Shown: piece by piece, positions 10,129 to 22,200 of the stretch
Numbering within the stretch: the first letter of the stretch is position 1
Layout of the letters: every line of letters begins with the position of its first letter
Source: a bacterium
Lineage (GTDB): Bacteria; Patescibacteriota; Saccharimonadia; Saccharimonadales; SZUA-47
DNA: 64,000 nt
Assembly: GCA_009923445.1 (NCBI GenBank)
Contig: RFTN01000004.1
Location: forward strand, 2,438 to 66,437
Direction of reading: 5' to 3'
The notes under the pieces: model-generated
Databases searched by the model: none
Told to the model about the DNA's origin: nothing
Seen by the model: the letters and a program-made list of their open reading frames with translations, nothing else
Position numbers and translations under genes: made by a program

Positions 10129-11385
10129 ATGATTACAGAAAAGAGTGGAATGACTAAGTTTTTAAGTGATGTATTATCTGTTGAACGATCTGTCTTTACT
10201 GATAGAATCGCTAAACTAGAACAGGCTACTCGAGCGCAGGGTATCGATATAGCGTTAACCATGCAAATTAAGCAGGAAACGAATGAAAAACTGCTATCTC
10301 TGGGGCTTGATCCTAGCGATACAACAGCCGCAGAGTTGTATAGTGCATTACAAGTAAAGGCGCTTGCAGATAACAAACGCCTTCTTAAAACGATAGGCTT
10401 GACTGTTAACGCGAGCTCGGTTGATATTATGCAGGCTTTAGTTGTATACGCTAATAAACGGCTAAAAGTGAATTGTACTATAGCCATAAAGAGTAGGGCG
10501 CTAAAAAAAATTCTTACCGATGCCGTGCCGCTGCGAACAATGAAAGTCCTTCGCTATAGATCTGCGGCATCAATGTTAAAACGCGAGCATCCAAACGAAC
10601 TTTACGTTTTAGCACAGTTACTCGAAAGTGACAGTTATAAAAAAAGGTTACAAAATGCATTACGACAATTAAAACCTTCAGATTACGAAGAGACTTCAAT
10701 CCAGCTTTATTACCTAGATAAAACAAGATGGGAACATGTACGAACAGTAATCAAAAAAAATGTTGTGCCAATTTTTGCAGTACCTGAAGTTGGTACAATA
10801 GTGGTATTGCCAATTCTAACAAGTAAAACTCCTTGCCTAGCTTTAATGAGTCTAGCACTACTATTTAAAGAACTGCGTCTTATAAAGCAAGCTTCAATGT
10901 ATGTCAAGCTACGCATGCTCGACCCTTCATTTCATCAGCACCTCGAGATGTTGCATCTTGCTAATAACTTAGAGATTTTCAAATTAGTAGATATTCAAGT
11001 TTATTGGCATCATATACATACCCTTATTGGTGATGGTAGGGCGCACTACGAGTTTAGTCCACATATTACAAAGTCAGATACACAATGGTCGCATATCGAG
11101 TCAGAAATGTCATCGCTAGATAAAGAATTGAAGTTCTGGGAAGGTACACATAGACTGGCCTTTATGCAGGGCGATCAACTTGTTTCGCTCCATGTTATAG
11201 ATGTGTGTTTTAGCGTCATGTACAAAACACCTATACATGCTGCACCAAAGCGTTTCGTACAAAATAATATTTCTGACGAATTGATTTATGCGTATCTTTC
11301 GGCGCCTCCCTATAGCTCTATAGTTCAGGATGAACTTATCAAAATTGCAGACGCACAAGATAATTTCGTGTATTATGAAGCATAA
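10129..11385 (+). CDS. hypothetical protein (418 aa)
   Basis: Long intact ORF, divergent from 9342..10052. No motif recognised. Confidence 0.5.
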   Translation: MITEKSGMTKFLSDVLSVERSVFTDRIAKLEQATRAQGIDIALTMQIKQETNEKLLSLGLDPSDTTAAELYSALQVKALADNKRLLKTIGLTVNASSVDIMQALVVYANKRLKVNCTIAIKSRALKKILTDAVPLRTMKVLRYRSAASMLKREHPNELYVLAQLLESDSYKKRLQNALRQLKPSDYEETSIQLYYLDKTRWEHVRTVIKKNVVPIFAVPEVGTIVVLPILTSKTPCLALMSLALLFKELRLIKQASMYVKLRMLDPSFHQHLEMLHLANNLEIFKLVDIQVYWHHIHTLIGDGRAHYEFSPHITKSDTQWSHIESEMSSLDKELKFWEGTHRLAFMQGDQLVSLHVIDVCFSVMYKTPIHAAPKRFVQNNISDELIYAYLSAPPYSSIVQDELIKIADAQDNFVYYEA

Positions 11386-11399
11386 GGATTATTAAAAAA

Positions 11400-12008
11400 A
11401 TGAATTATTCTATTTGTGTTTCAGGGGCAGCAGCTGGCAGTACGGTAGAGGGTGCGCACGATTCTGCGCACCAGCTTGGTAAGGCAATTGCAGAGGCGGG
11501 GCATATAATAACTACCGGCGCAACTGTAGGCTTGCCTATGTTTGCCGCTCGTGCTGCAAAAGACGCCGGTGGTCGTAGTATAGGGTTTAGCCCAGCCAGC
11601 TCATTACGCGAACACGTTAACAAGTACCGACTACCAATTGGTTTTTTTGACTATGTAGTATATACGGGTATGAATTATGTTGGTCGAGATGTATTTTTAG
11701 TACAAAGTAGTGATGCCGTGATAACCGTTGGAGGCCGCTTTGGTAGTTTGCATGAATTTACGACTGCGCTAGAAAGTCGTATGGTGTGTGGTGTTTTACT
11801 TGGCTCTGGAGGAGCGGCTGATGTAATTCCCGAGCTCATGAAACAATTGCCCGCACCTAACGAAAAACTTGTAGTATTTGATAGCGATCCGGTTCGTTTA
11901 GTGCAAAAAATAATTTCAATACTCGACAGTGATATGCGAGATATAAATACGAAAGCTATCGAGCAAGAGTGGTTTGTTAAGTCGAGTAGCGGTACGCACG
12001 CAGGTTAG
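11400..12008 (+). CDS. LOG/TIGR00725-like Rossmann-fold nucleotide-binding protein
   Basis: Motifs 'ICVSGAA', '[11 protein letters not shown]' and '[16 protein letters not shown]', the pattern typical of the LOG/DprA-like SLOG fold. Confidence 0.6.
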   Translation: MNYSICVSGAAAGSTVEGAHDSAHQLGKAIAEAGHIITTGATVGLPMFAARAAKDAGGRSIGFSPASSLREHVNKYRLPIGFFDYVVYTGMNYVGRDVFLVQSSDAVITVGGRFGSLHEFTTALESRMVCGVLLGSGGAADVIPELMKQLPAPNEKLVVFDSDPVRLVQKIISILDSDMRDINTKAIEQEWFVKSSSGTHAG

Positions 12009-12036
12009 AGACTCAATCTGTTACAATAGTGAACAG

Positions 12037-14004
12037 ATGAATCAGCTTTTTGAGCTTACAAGCGAATACAAACCAACCGGAGACCAGCCTACGGCTATCA
12101 AGGCATTGACGGACGGACTTAATAGTGGCGCTAAAGAACAAGTCTTGCTTGGTGTAACTGGCAGCGGCAAAACATTTACAATGGCGAATGTCATTGCGAA
12201 CGTACAGCGGCCAACGCTCGTAATTAGCCACAATAAAACATTAGCCGCACAGCTTTATGAAGAGTTTAAGCGGTTTTTTCCTAACAATGCAGTACACTAT
12301 TTTGTTAGTTACTTTGATTATTATCAGCCTGAGGCATATGTGCCTCGTAGTGATACCTACATTGAAAAAGATAGCGATATAAACGAAGAAATTGATCGGC
12401 TTAGGCACGCCGCTACAGATGCACTTTTAAGTCGACGCGACACAATAATTATTGCAAGCGTAAGTTGTATTTATGGTATTGGTAGCCCGAGTGATTATGC
12501 TGACCTGTCGCAAACGGTTAGTGTAGGGGAGCGCCGTATTCGCGATAAATTTATACGCCAACTTACTGATATTCAATATCAGCGTAATGATATTGATTTT
12601 CACCGAAGTACATTCCGTGTAAGAGGCGAGACTATTGATGTCTTTCCGACAAGTGAAGAAGTAGCATATCGGATAGAATTTCAAGATGAAATCGTGGATC
12701 GTATTTTACAAATTCAACCTCTCACTGGTGAAATTTTAGACAAACCTTCGCACGTAACTATTTATCCAAGTAGTCACTACGTAACACCATTTGAAAAGCT
12801 AAAAGATGCTCTAGCCAAAATTCAGTTTGAACTAGACGACCGCATTAAACTTTTTAACAAAGAAAACAAACTGCTAGAAGCGCAACGCCTGCAGCAGCGA
12901 ACTCGTTTTGACCTTGAAATGTTAGAACAAACAGGTTTTGTTAAAGGAATCGAAAACTATAGTCGCTACTTAACGGACCGCGAAGAAGGCGAACAGCCAG
13001 CCACATTACTTGATTATTTTCCAGATGATTTTTTGATGCTTATAGACGAAAGCCATATGACCATGCCGCAAATAAGAGGCATGTTTAATGGTGACCGTGC
13101 TCGTAAAGAGGTTTTGGTTGATTATGGGTTTAGGCTGCCAAGCGCACTCGACAACCGCCCATTAAAATTTACCGAATTTGAAAAGCATGTTAACCAAGCA
13201 ATTTATGTTAGTGCCACACCTGCCGAGTATGAGCTTAGCCGTGGCGGTACACCTGTAGAGCAAGTTATTAGGCCAACAGGCCTGCTAGACCCACCAATCA
13301 CAATCAGGCCAACTGCAAACCAAGTAGACGATTTGTTGGCCGAAATCCGTGATACGGTCGTAAAGGGACAGCGGGTGCTTGTAACTACGCTTACAAAGCG
13401 CATGAGCGAAGACCTAACTGAATATTTGCATGAGCTAGGTATTAAAGTAGCTTATCTACATAGCGATGTTGAAACCTTAGACCGTACCGATATTTTGCGT
13501 GACTTGCGCCTAGGTATTTACGATGTACTAATTGGTATTAACCTGCTGCGCGAAGGCTTAGATTTGCCCGAGGTATCACTGGTGGCTATTTTAGATGCCG
13601 ATAAAGAAGGTTTTTTACGTAGCGGCCCAGCACTTATACAAACTATTGGTCGTGCAGCGCGGCACGAGACTGGCCGGGTGATAATGTATGGTGATCATAT
13701 TACTAAGAGTATGCAGCACGCTATAGACGAAACGACCCGCCGTCGTACTGTACAAGAGGCTTACAATAAAAAACATGGCATTACCCCGCAGGGCGTTAAA
13801 AAGCAGATTGCCGAACGCCTAAAGCGCGAAGAATCGGCGACTGATAAAAAGAAGCACATTGACCTACGTAAAATCCCTAAAGAAGAATATCAGCACCTTA
13901 TACGTGACTTAACTAGCCAAATGGACCTGGCAGCCGCTAACCTCGACTTCGAGAAAGCCGCAGACCTACGCGACACGATTGCCGAAATAAAAGCCAAATT
14001 ATAG
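12037..14004 (+). CDS. uvrB: excinuclease ABC subunit B
   Basis: Starts 'MNQLFEL...KPTGDQ'. Walker A 'GVTGSGKT', helicase motifs and a C-terminal UVR motif 'FEKAADLRD'. Start taken at Met22 of the track ORF. Confidence 0.95.
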   Translation: MNQLFELTSEYKPTGDQPTAIKALTDGLNSGAKEQVLLGVTGSGKTFTMANVIANVQRPTLVISHNKTLAAQLYEEFKRFFPNNAVHYFVSYFDYYQPEAYVPRSDTYIEKDSDINEEIDRLRHAATDALLSRRDTIIIASVSCIYGIGSPSDYADLSQTVSVGERRIRDKFIRQLTDIQYQRNDIDFHRSTFRVRGETIDVFPTSEEVAYRIEFQDEIVDRILQIQPLTGEILDKPSHVTIYPSSHYVTPFEKLKDALAKIQFELDDRIKLFNKENKLLEAQRLQQRTRFDLEMLEQTGFVKGIENYSRYLTDREEGEQPATLLDYFPDDFLMLIDESHMTMPQIRGMFNGDRARKEVLVDYGFRLPSALDNRPLKFTEFEKHVNQAIYVSATPAEYELSRGGTPVEQVIRPTGLLDPPITIRPTANQVDDLLAEIRDTVVKGQRVLVTTLTKRMSEDLTEYLHELGIKVAYLHSDVETLDRTDILRDLRLGIYDVLIGINLLREGLDLPEVSLVAILDADKEGFLRSGPALIQTIGRAARHETGRVIMYGDHITKSMQHAIDETTRRRTVQEAYNKKHGITPQGVKKQIAERLKREESATDKKKHIDLRKIPKEEYQHLIRDLTSQMDLAAANLDFEKAADLRDTIAEIKAKL

Positions 14005-14051
14005 TTCCTATAGCTAGCGTCTCTGTAAAATTCTTTGTATACTTACTACAC

Positions 14052-14342
14052 ATGTCACAACTTTCAAAACAAGACATATTAAAATTGGCTCGCCTGGCAC
14101 GACTTCGTTTAAGTGATGTCGAAGTTGAAAAATACCAAAAAGAACTTAGTGCAATACTGGGTTATGTCGAACATTTAGATAGCGTAGACACCTCTGGTCT
14201 TACGCCCACTTATCAGGTATCGGGGCTTACTAACGTTGTACGTGAAGATGAAATAATTGACTACGGTACGTCACAAGAAGATCTATTGAAAAACGTTCCA
14301 ATACGTGACGGCGCTTACGTTAAAGTTAAGAGGATGCTTTAG
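14052..14342 (+). CDS. gatC: Asp/Glu-tRNA amidotransferase subunit C
   Basis: 96 aa with 'LARLRLSDVEVEKYQKEL'. Directly precedes gatA. Confidence 0.9.
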   Translation: MSQLSKQDILKLARLARLRLSDVEVEKYQKELSAILGYVEHLDSVDTSGLTPTYQVSGLTNVVREDEIIDYGTSQEDLLKNVPIRDGAYVKVKRML

Positions 14343-15760
14343 TGGCGAACTGGAAAACAATAGCAGAAGAAGCCGCGGATGTTGCGAGTGGTACTAACAG
14401 CGCTATAAAAAATGTTGAAAAAGCACTAAAACTTATCGAAGATAATTCCGAATACCAAGCAATTATTAACGTCATTAAAGACCGAGCGCTATATCGTGCA
14501 AAAGAAATCGATGCCAAAGTAGCTAAAGGTGAAAAAGTAGGCAGACTAGTGGGCGTGCCATTTATAGCTAAAGATAACTTTTTAACGTATGGTAGTGAAA
14601 CAACTGCAGCTAGTAATATTTTAAAAGGTTTCGAAGCGCCATATCAGTCAACTGCCATAAACAAGCTCGAAGCAGAGGGCGCAATTTGCGTAGCAAAAGC
14701 CAACCTTGACGCGTTTGCGCACGGTGGCAGTACCGAAAATAGTGATTTTTTTGTAACTAAAAATCCACTTGATAAGACTCGAGTTGCAGGCGGTAGTAGT
14801 GGTGGCTCAGCTGCCGCTGTTGCTCTCGGCTTAGCGCCTTTTGCTCTCGGGAGTGATACGGGTGGCAGTATACGCCAACCATCTAGCTTTTGTGGTGTTG
14901 TAGGCCTTAAGCCAACGTATGGATTAGTAAGTCGAAGTGGTGTTGTTGCCATGGCAAGTAGCACTGATGTTATTGGACCAATTACAACAAGCGTACAAGA
15001 TGCCGCGCTTGTACTTGACGTTATGAGCGGTACTGACCCTCTAGATAGCACGACCATTGTCAGGAACAACCAACCATACACCGTGTATAAACAACCAAAT
15101 ACTCCCAAAATTGGTGTCATTAAAGAGTATATGGACGAAGGAGTTGACCCCGAGGTTAAAAAAGTTATAGAAGAAGCAATACAGCGGCTTAAAAACGCAG
15201 GCGCCAAAATCGAATATGTGAGTTTACCCAGTTTACCGCTTGCTCTCGCCGTGTACTACATTGTTGTGCCCGCAGAGGTTAGTAGCAATTTAAGTCGCTA
15301 TGACGGACAACGATTCGGCTTCAGTGATGGTACGGCTGTTAACCTAGATGACAGTTATGAGCTTAGTCGCAGTCGCGGTTTTGGTGCAGAAGCAAAACGC
15401 CGTATTATGATCGGTACCCACGTGCTGAGTAGTGGTTACTACGATGCGTATTATAAAAAAGCACAAACTGTACGTACAAAGTTATGCCAAGAATTTACTT
15501 CCGTTTTCGAAAAAGTTGATTACTTATTGGGCCCTGTTGTGCCTGAAGTAGCGTTTAAAATTGGCGCAAACAGCGAAGATCCGCTAAAAATGTATTTGGT
15601 AGATATTATGACAGTTGCTAGTAACCTTGTCGGCGTACCAGCAATAAGTGTACCTGCAGGAACCGCGCAGGGCATGCCTGTCGGTATTCAGTTAATAGCT
15701 CCGCAACAGCATGATCTGGACCTGTTGCAACTCGCAAAATGGTACGAGGAAACAAGATGA
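14342..15760 (+). CDS. gatA: Asp/Glu-tRNA amidotransferase subunit A
   Basis: Amidase signature 'GGSSGGSAAAVA' and 'GSDTGGSIRQP'. GTG start. Confidence 0.95.
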   Translation: MANWKTIAEEAADVASGTNSAIKNVEKALKLIEDNSEYQAIINVIKDRALYRAKEIDAKVAKGEKVGRLVGVPFIAKDNFLTYGSETTAASNILKGFEAPYQSTAINKLEAEGAICVAKANLDAFAHGGSTENSDFFVTKNPLDKTRVAGGSSGGSAAAVALGLAPFALGSDTGGSIRQPSSFCGVVGLKPTYGLVSRSGVVAMASSTDVIGPITTSVQDAALVLDVMSGTDPLDSTTIVRNNQPYTVYKQPNTPKIGVIKEYMDEGVDPEVKKVIEEAIQRLKNAGAKIEYVSLPSLPLALAVYYIVVPAEVSSNLSRYDGQRFGFSDGTAVNLDDSYELSRSRGFGAEAKRRIMIGTHVLSSGYYDAYYKKAQTVRTKLCQEFTSVFEKVDYLLGPVVPEVAFKIGANSEDPLKMYLVDIMTVASNLVGVPAISVPAGTAQGMPVGIQLIAPQQHDLDLLQLAKWYEETR

Positions 15761-16161
15761 TAGAGCTACTTCTTACCATAGCGCTAATAGGTTCAATTGT
15801 TTTGGTGGTACTAATATTTGCAAGCAAACGAATACCTAAGCAGCTTAACAAAAGTTATTTTACTAAAGAATGGCGTTACCTACAGGTAATGTGTGGCAGT
15901 AAAGATACGTGGCCGCTAGCAATAATTAATGCCGATAAACTACTCGACACTGCCTTAAAAAAACGACGATTCAGTGGTAAAACAATGGGGGAACGCTTGG
16001 TTTCGGCGCAAAAAAAGTTCACTAACAATGATAGCGTCTGGTTTGCACACAAATTACGCAACCGTCTAGTGCACGAGCAAGATGTTAGCTTGCGCGAAAA
16101 AGATGTTAAAGAAGCTTTAATAGGATTTAGGCAGGCTCTGAAAGATTTAGGTGCATTATGA
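15757..16161 (+). CDS. hypothetical membrane-anchored protein inserted between gatA and gatB
   Basis: The start at 'MIELLLTIALIGSIVLVVLIF' gives an ATGA overlap with the gatA stop. There is also an ATGA overlap with the gatB start. One N-terminal TM helix. Confidence 0.5.
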   Translation: MIELLLTIALIGSIVLVVLIFASKRIPKQLNKSYFTKEWRYLQVMCGSKDTWPLAIINADKLLDTALKKRRFSGKTMGERLVSAQKKFTNNDSVWFAHKLRNRLVHEQDVSLREKDVKEALIGFRQALKDLGAL

Positions 16162-17615
16162 TAGAAGATGCATATCTTGTAGACGGTTATTACCCAACTA
16201 TTGGCATAGAGTGTCATGTTCAACTAAAAACTAAAACTAAACTTTTTGCTGGAGTTGATAATGATGCGCGCCAGGCAGAGCCCAATACGCTTATTAGTCA
16301 TATATGTTTGGGTATGCCAGGTGCGCTACCCGTGTTAAATAAACACGCTATCGAACTTGCAGCAAAAGCCGCCTTTGCGCTAAGCACCCAACCCCAAAGT
16401 AGCAGTAAATTTGATCGCAAACATTATTTTTACCCAGATTTACCAATGGGATACCAAATAACGCAGTACGATGAACCTATTATTCTGGGCGGCAGTGTTA
16501 CGGCGATTGTAGATGGTGTCGAAAAGTCATTTGATGTTACTAGAGCACACCTAGAGGCAGATGCAGGTAAAAGCACGCATCCTGCTAACCAAGATTATTC
16601 GTTAGTAGATTTAAACAGGGCAGGTACACCACTACTTGAGATTGTCAGCGAACCTTGTATTCATAACGCTAGCGAGGCAAAAGCATACGCGCACGAGCTA
16701 TATTTGTTAATGAAATATGCTGATGTGTCTGACGTTAACTTGTTTTATGGCAACATGCGCTTTGACGTTAATGTTAGTGTAAGCAAAGACCCTAAAATCA
16801 TGGGGACTCGTACAGAAACCAAAAACTTAAATAGTTTTAGAAGTGTATTTGACGCAGTAAATTCAGAGATTAAACGTCAAATTAGTTTACTTGAAAATGG
16901 CGAGCAAATAATACAAGAAACTCGTGGATGGAACGACGATAGTGGCACTAGTTTTAGCCAACGCAGTAAAGAAGACGCCCACGATTATCGCTATTTTCCG
17001 GACCCAGATATTCCGCCCATATCATTAAGCGACGAATTTGTGGAAATGATTAAACAAAGTATGCCCACCATGCCTCATCAATTGCGCGTACGATATACAG
17101 CTGCAGGTATTGATAGCTCGATGATCGAGACACTTTTAGACGAAGTAAGCGCCTCGCAACTAGTTAATGAGATTATTGACGCGCACGGCAATAAAACCGC
17201 TAAAACAGTTGCTAACTGGCTAGGTGGCCCAGTTATTAAAGCTATAGCCGACAATATTTACACATGGCAGGACATATACAAAACTCGCGTACACATTATT
17301 AAGCTTGCTAGCATGGTAGACAGTGGTCTGCTAAGCAGTTCCGGTGCCAAAGAGGTGTTGCAAGCAATAGTAAAAAATAATGTAGACCCGCAAACTATTG
17401 CCGAGCAAAAAAACCTATTACAAGAATCAGATAGCGGTGCTCTAGAAGAAATTGTCGCTAATGTTATAAAAGCTAATGAAAAAGCAGCGCAAGACGTAGC
17501 CAATGGAGAAATGAAAGCTATCGGATTTTTAGTCGGGCAAGTTATGAAGTCTAGTGGTGGTAAGGCTAACCCAGCCATGGTACAGCAAATTATAAAAACA
17601 CAATTAGGAGTTTAA
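16158..17615 (+). CDS. gatB: Asp/Glu-tRNA amidotransferase subunit B
   Basis: Motifs 'IGIECHVQL', 'DRKHYFYPDLP' and 'DLNRAGTPLLEIVSEP', plus a C-terminal YqeY-like tail. Confidence 0.95.
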   Translation: MIEDAYLVDGYYPTIGIECHVQLKTKTKLFAGVDNDARQAEPNTLISHICLGMPGALPVLNKHAIELAAKAAFALSTQPQSSSKFDRKHYFYPDLPMGYQITQYDEPIILGGSVTAIVDGVEKSFDVTRAHLEADAGKSTHPANQDYSLVDLNRAGTPLLEIVSEPCIHNASEAKAYAHELYLLMKYADVSDVNLFYGNMRFDVNVSVSKDPKIMGTRTETKNLNSFRSVFDAVNSEIKRQISLLENGEQIIQETRGWNDDSGTSFSQRSKEDAHDYRYFPDPDIPPISLSDEFVEMIKQSMPTMPHQLRVRYTAAGIDSSMIETLLDEVSASQLVNEIIDAHGNKTAKTVANWLGGPVIKAIADNIYTWQDIYKTRVHIIKLASMVDSGLLSSSGAKEVLQAIVKNNVDPQTIAEQKNLLQESDSGALEEIVANVIKANEKAAQDVANGEMKAIGFLVGQVMKSSGGKANPAMVQQIIKTQLGV

Positions 17616-17617
17616 AA

Positions 17618-18490
17618 ATGCAAACCGTTCGTAAAGCAGTTATAGCAGCGGCAGGATTTGGTACACGTTTTTTGCCGCAAACAAAAGCGATACCAAAAGA
17701 AATGCTACCAATAATTGATAAGCCAGTTATTCAGCTCGTAGTTGAGGGAGTTGTGGCGGCTGGTGTAACAGATGTAATTATTGTAACCGGTCAAGGTAAA
17801 CGGGCAATCGAAGACCATTTTGATAGAGCGCTCGGCCTCGAGCAAGAACTACGCGCTAAAGGTAAAACAGATCAAGCTGATGAAATTCAGCGCATAGCTG
17901 AGCTCGCTAATATTGTGTATGTTCGCCAAAAGGGTGAGCCAAAAGGTAATGCACGCCCCGTGCTCAACGCTGCTCACTTAATTGACAACGAACCGTTCTT
18001 TTACTTTTTTGCTGACGACTTTTTTACAGGTAGCGGTCCGTCATGTGCGGCTCAAATGCTAGAGTCTTATAAAAAAACCGGTAAAACAATTGCAGCACTT
18101 CGCAAAGTAAAACGTGAAGATGCAAGTAAATATGGCATGGTAGAACTTGGCGAGCAAATTGACCAAAAAACATTCCGCATAAATAAATTAGTCGAAAAAC
18201 CTGGACCCGAAAAAACTCCAAGTGAATACGCGGTTGTATGTGGCTATTTGCTAACACCAGATATCATTCCTATGCTAGCGCAAGAAAAAGTAGCACCTGA
18301 CGGCGAGATTCGTGTACCAGATACCGTTAACGAGTTGGCTCAGATTGACAAAGTGTATGGCTGCTTAGTAGATGGCGACTATCATGATACTGGAAGTCCC
18401 GAGCTATATCTTGAAACGCTTATAGACATCGCCTTAAAAGACCCACAATTATCTGATAGATTACGTGACTACATAAAAGACCGTTTATAG
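17618..18490 (+). CDS. galU: UTP--glucose-1-phosphate uridylyltransferase
   Basis: Contains 'AAGFGTRFLPQTKAIPKEMLP' and a 'VEKP' motif. Confidence 0.85.
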   Translation: MQTVRKAVIAAAGFGTRFLPQTKAIPKEMLPIIDKPVIQLVVEGVVAAGVTDVIIVTGQGKRAIEDHFDRALGLEQELRAKGKTDQADEIQRIAELANIVYVRQKGEPKGNARPVLNAAHLIDNEPFFYFFADDFFTGSGPSCAAQMLESYKKTGKTIAALRKVKREDASKYGMVELGEQIDQKTFRINKLVEKPGPEKTPSEYAVVCGYLLTPDIIPMLAQEKVAPDGEIRVPDTVNELAQIDKVYGCLVDGDYHDTGSPELYLETLIDIALKDPQLSDRLRDYIKDRL

Positions 18491-18522
18491 ACAATACTAC
18501 TTTGTGGGGGTACACTTAACGT

Positions 18523-18786
18523 ATGAGTAGTTTTGATATATTAGTAATCATTTTATCAGTTACGTTATTTATTTTTTTAGTGACAGCAATTATTGCAACC
18601 GTAGCATTCATAAAATTAGTAAAAAAATTGCAAGTTGCTGGAGATAGCGCTATGCAAGCAGTAGAAAATGTAGAGTCTATAACAGGCAGCCTTAAAAATA
18701 TGGCCAATGGATCAGTAGTCGCTGCAGCGGCAGCAAGAATCTGGGACAAATTTAGTAGTAAAAGTACTAAAAAAAGGAGTAAGTAA
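18523..18786 (+). CDS. small membrane protein
   Basis: 87 aa with an N-terminal TM helix. Its stop overlaps the start of the next gene. Confidence 0.4.
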   Translation: MSSFDILVIILSVTLFIFLVTAIIATVAFIKLVKKLQVAGDSAMQAVENVESITGSLKNMANGSVVAAAAARIWDKFSSKSTKKRSK

Positions 18787-19190
18787 TGGGTAAAGACAAC
18801 GGTAAAAAAGTAGCCGTCGGTGCAGCGCTTGGATTGGCTGCAGGATTTTTAGCTGGTATTCTCTCGGCTCCAAAAAGTGGTAAAGAAACACGCGAAGACT
18901 TAAAAACAGGCGCTAAAAACGCCGCTAAAGCCGCAGACAAAAAACTGCAAGCTTTACACGAAGATTTAACTAAACAAGTTAGAAAAGTTGAAGAATCTGT
19001 TAAAAATCTTTCAGATGCAGCAAAAAAAGAAGCTAAAGAAGCAATAGATGCAGCAAAAAAAGCTCGCGATCAGCTCGCTTCTGTTATTGCGGCTGTGCGA
19101 AGTGGAAATAGTGTTGATGAAGATTTGGACATAGCTATTAAAAATGCAAGCAATGCCCTAGATAATCTAAAAAAGTATCTAAAAAAATAG
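18786..19190 (+). CDS. YtxH-like general-stress protein
   Basis: An N-terminal Gly/Ala-rich helix 'GAALGLAAGFLAGILSAPKSGKETRE' is followed by a Lys/Ala-rich coiled region. Confidence 0.55.
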   Translation: MGKDNGKKVAVGAALGLAAGFLAGILSAPKSGKETREDLKTGAKNAAKAADKKLQALHEDLTKQVRKVEESVKNLSDAAKKEAKEAIDAAKKARDQLASVIAAVRSGNSVDEDLDIAIKNASNALDNLKKYLKK

Positions 19191-19225
19191 CGCAAAAACT
19201 CCTATAAAACGCTATACTAGTAGTA

Positions 19226-22200
19226 ATGGGTACTGGTAAAAAATCGTCGCTTGTTGCGAGCGATTATGTTCATTTGCATAATCACACGCATTATAGTTTG
19301 TTAGATGGGTTGCAAAAAGTAGACCCAATGCTTGACGCCGTAGTAGATATGGGAATGGAAGCTATTGCCATTACCGATCATGGTACGCTGTCTGGTGCTA
19401 TTGAGTTTTATAACGCAGCGCGTAGTCGAGGTGTAAAGCCTATTATTGGCATGGAAACATATGTAGCTTCACGTACACACAAAGATAAAGATGCTGGCAA
19501 AGATAAAAATAATTATCACTTAATTTTGCTTGCCATGAATAATCAAGGCTATCAAAACTTAATGCGCCTTAGTACTATTGCTAATTTAGAGGGATTTTAT
19601 TATCGCCCCAGGGTTGACCATGATTTACTTGAAAAATACAGCGAAGGTATCATTGTTCTGAGTGGTTGTATAGGTGGTGAGGTAGGCGATAACATTCGTC
19701 AGGGCCAGTACGATAAAGCTAAAGATATTGCGCAGTGGTATAAATCAGTTTTTGGCGACCGATACTATTTAGAAATACAAGATCATGGTCACCCAAAACA
19801 TCCGGCAGTTTGGAGCGAACAAACCACGGTTAACCAACAAGTAATTAAACTAGGCAAAGAATTAGACATAAAAGTCGTCGTAACCTGTGACTCGCATTAT
19901 TTACAGCATGAGGATCAAGAAGCGCACGAAGTTCTGCTTTGCGTACAAACGGGTTCATTCTTAGGTGATGAAAAGCGCATGTCGCTAAAAGATTTTGAGC
20001 TACATCTTACAAATCCTAATGAAATTAAAAAGAGATGGGAAGGAGATTATCCTGACTTTATAGCAAACACAAAACAGATTGCAGATAGATGCGATGTTAC
20101 CATTGATTTGGGTAAGATATTAATTCCAAAGTTTACAGTGCCGGGTGGCGAAACCGAAAAATCTTATTTACATACACTTGCTTGGCAAGGTTTGGCATGG
20201 CGCTATGGTGGCCAATCTTTATCTGCTAGTAGTAAGTTAAGTCAAGCAGCTGCTCAAAAAACTCTCACAAAAGAAATAGTAGAACGGGCAAAATATGAAC
20301 TTGAAATAATGGATTCAATGGGCTTTAACGGCTACTTTTTGATTGTGCAAGATTTTATTACTTGGGGCAAAGATAAAGGAATAATTTTTGGCCCAGGCAG
20401 AGGTTCGGCGGCAGGATCTATAATTGCTTATGCGCTTAGAATAACCGAAATTGAACCGCTTAAGTACAATTTAATGTTTGAGAGATTTTTAAATCCAAGC
20501 AGAATCAGCATGCCAGATATCGATATCGATATACAAGATTCGCGGCGTAATGAAGTAATTGAATATTGTGTTAATAAATACGGGATTGACCGAGTGGCAA
20601 ATATAGTTACTTTTGGTCGTATGGCGGCACGTAATGCTGTTAGGGACGTTGCCAGAGTGCTTCAGGTTCCCTATATTGAAGCCGATAGATTAGCCAAAAT
20701 GATTCCACCCCCTATACAGGGGAGACATATTCCGCTCTCTACCTCTATTTTAGAAAACCAAGATTTAAAGCGAGAGTATGAATCAAGTGAAATGAATAAG
20801 CGAGTGTTTGATCTTGCGATTAAACTTGAAGGTACAATAAGGTCACACGGTGTGCATGCTGCGGGGGTTGTAATTGCGCCAGACGATATAGTAAAATTTG
20901 CTCCGCTTGAAATGGCCCAAAAAGGCGTTATTTCTACCCAGTATTCAATGGGCCCCATTGAGGAGCTGGGGTTACTTAAAATGGACTTTTTAGGGCTTTC
21001 GAACCTAACTATCATAAAAAACGCTCTAAGAATTATCAAAAAAGTTTATAAAAAAGATATTGAACTTAGCGAAATACCAATTGATGACGAAGAAACGTTT
21101 AAATTACTTCAACGGGCCGACACAACAGGAGTTTTTCAGCTAGAATCAGCTGGCATGAAGCGTTATTTGAAAGACTTAAAGCCAACACTCTTTGAAGATA
21201 TTATTGCGATGGGCGCGCTATATAGGCCGGGGCCAATGTCAGAAATTCCGCGCTTTATTGAAGGAAAGAATAATCCAAAATCAATTAGTTATTTACACGA
21301 ATCACTCGAACCGATTTTAAAGGATACCTATGGGGTTATGGTATACCAGGAGCAGATTATTAAACTACTGCAATTGGTAGCGGGCTATACGCCTGGTGAG
21401 GCCGATTTGGTGCGTAAGGCCATTGGTAAGAAAAAACGAGACATAATGGAGGCCGAGGAGCCGAAGTTTATAGAAGGTTGTATAAAACAAGGCTTAAGTC
21501 GTGCTGATGCTAGTAAGTTATGGTCACAAATTCAGCCTTTTGCTGATTATTCGTTTAATAAGGCACACGCTACTTGCTATGCTCAAATATCATATTGGAC
21601 AGCGTACTTAAAGGCACATTATCCTACTGCTTTTATGGCTGCGTTAATGACAAGTGATTATGATGATATTGACAGGTTAGCAATAGAAATAGCCGAATGT
21701 AGGTCTATGGGCATTACTGTCGTGCCGCCAGACATTAACGAATCGTTTATGGAGTTTGCAGTTGTACCAGACGAAAAGAAGATACGTTTTGGCATGCAGG
21801 CAATCAAAAATGTTGGCGCAGGCGCAGTTGACGAAGTACTACGTGCAAGAAGCGAGGTTGGCGCTTTCCCAACTTTAGAATCTTTTTTTACATCAGTGCA
21901 CCCCCGTATCGTAAACAGAAAATCAATTGAAAGTTTTATTAAAACAGGCGCGTTCGATAGGTACGAAAATCGTGGAGTTTTGCTAGAGAATATAGACGTA
22001 TTACTTGCATTTGCAGCAAAAAAACAAAAGGAAGCAGCGAGCGGTCAGACTGATTTATTTGGTAACAAGCTCGAAAGTACACCAATGCATGCTCCTCAGC
22101 TTGTATTGACACACACCACCAGCCAATACGAAATGCGACATTTTTTGGCGTGGGAACGGGAGCTTTTAGGTTTGTTTCTCTCAGAGCATCCCCTACAAAA

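Noticed and set aside
10053-10487. N-terminal 145-codon extension of the minus-strand ORF 9342..10487.
   Set aside because: It overlaps the start and first ~120 codons of the divergent 418-aa gene, and its composition is Cys/Ser-rich and implausible. The internal Met at 10052 leaves a normal divergent intergenic region.
14644-15207. 187-aa minus-strand ORF inside gatA. Similar long antisense ORFs include 25126..25701 in pilB, 36229..36660 in radA, 43847..44320 in recG, 20671..21039 in dnaE and 33341..33673 in clpC.
   Set aside because: Each lies entirely antisense to a well-supported conserved gene and has low-complexity, Ser/Ala/Thr/Pro-rich shadow-frame composition. None has an RBS or a recognisable motif.
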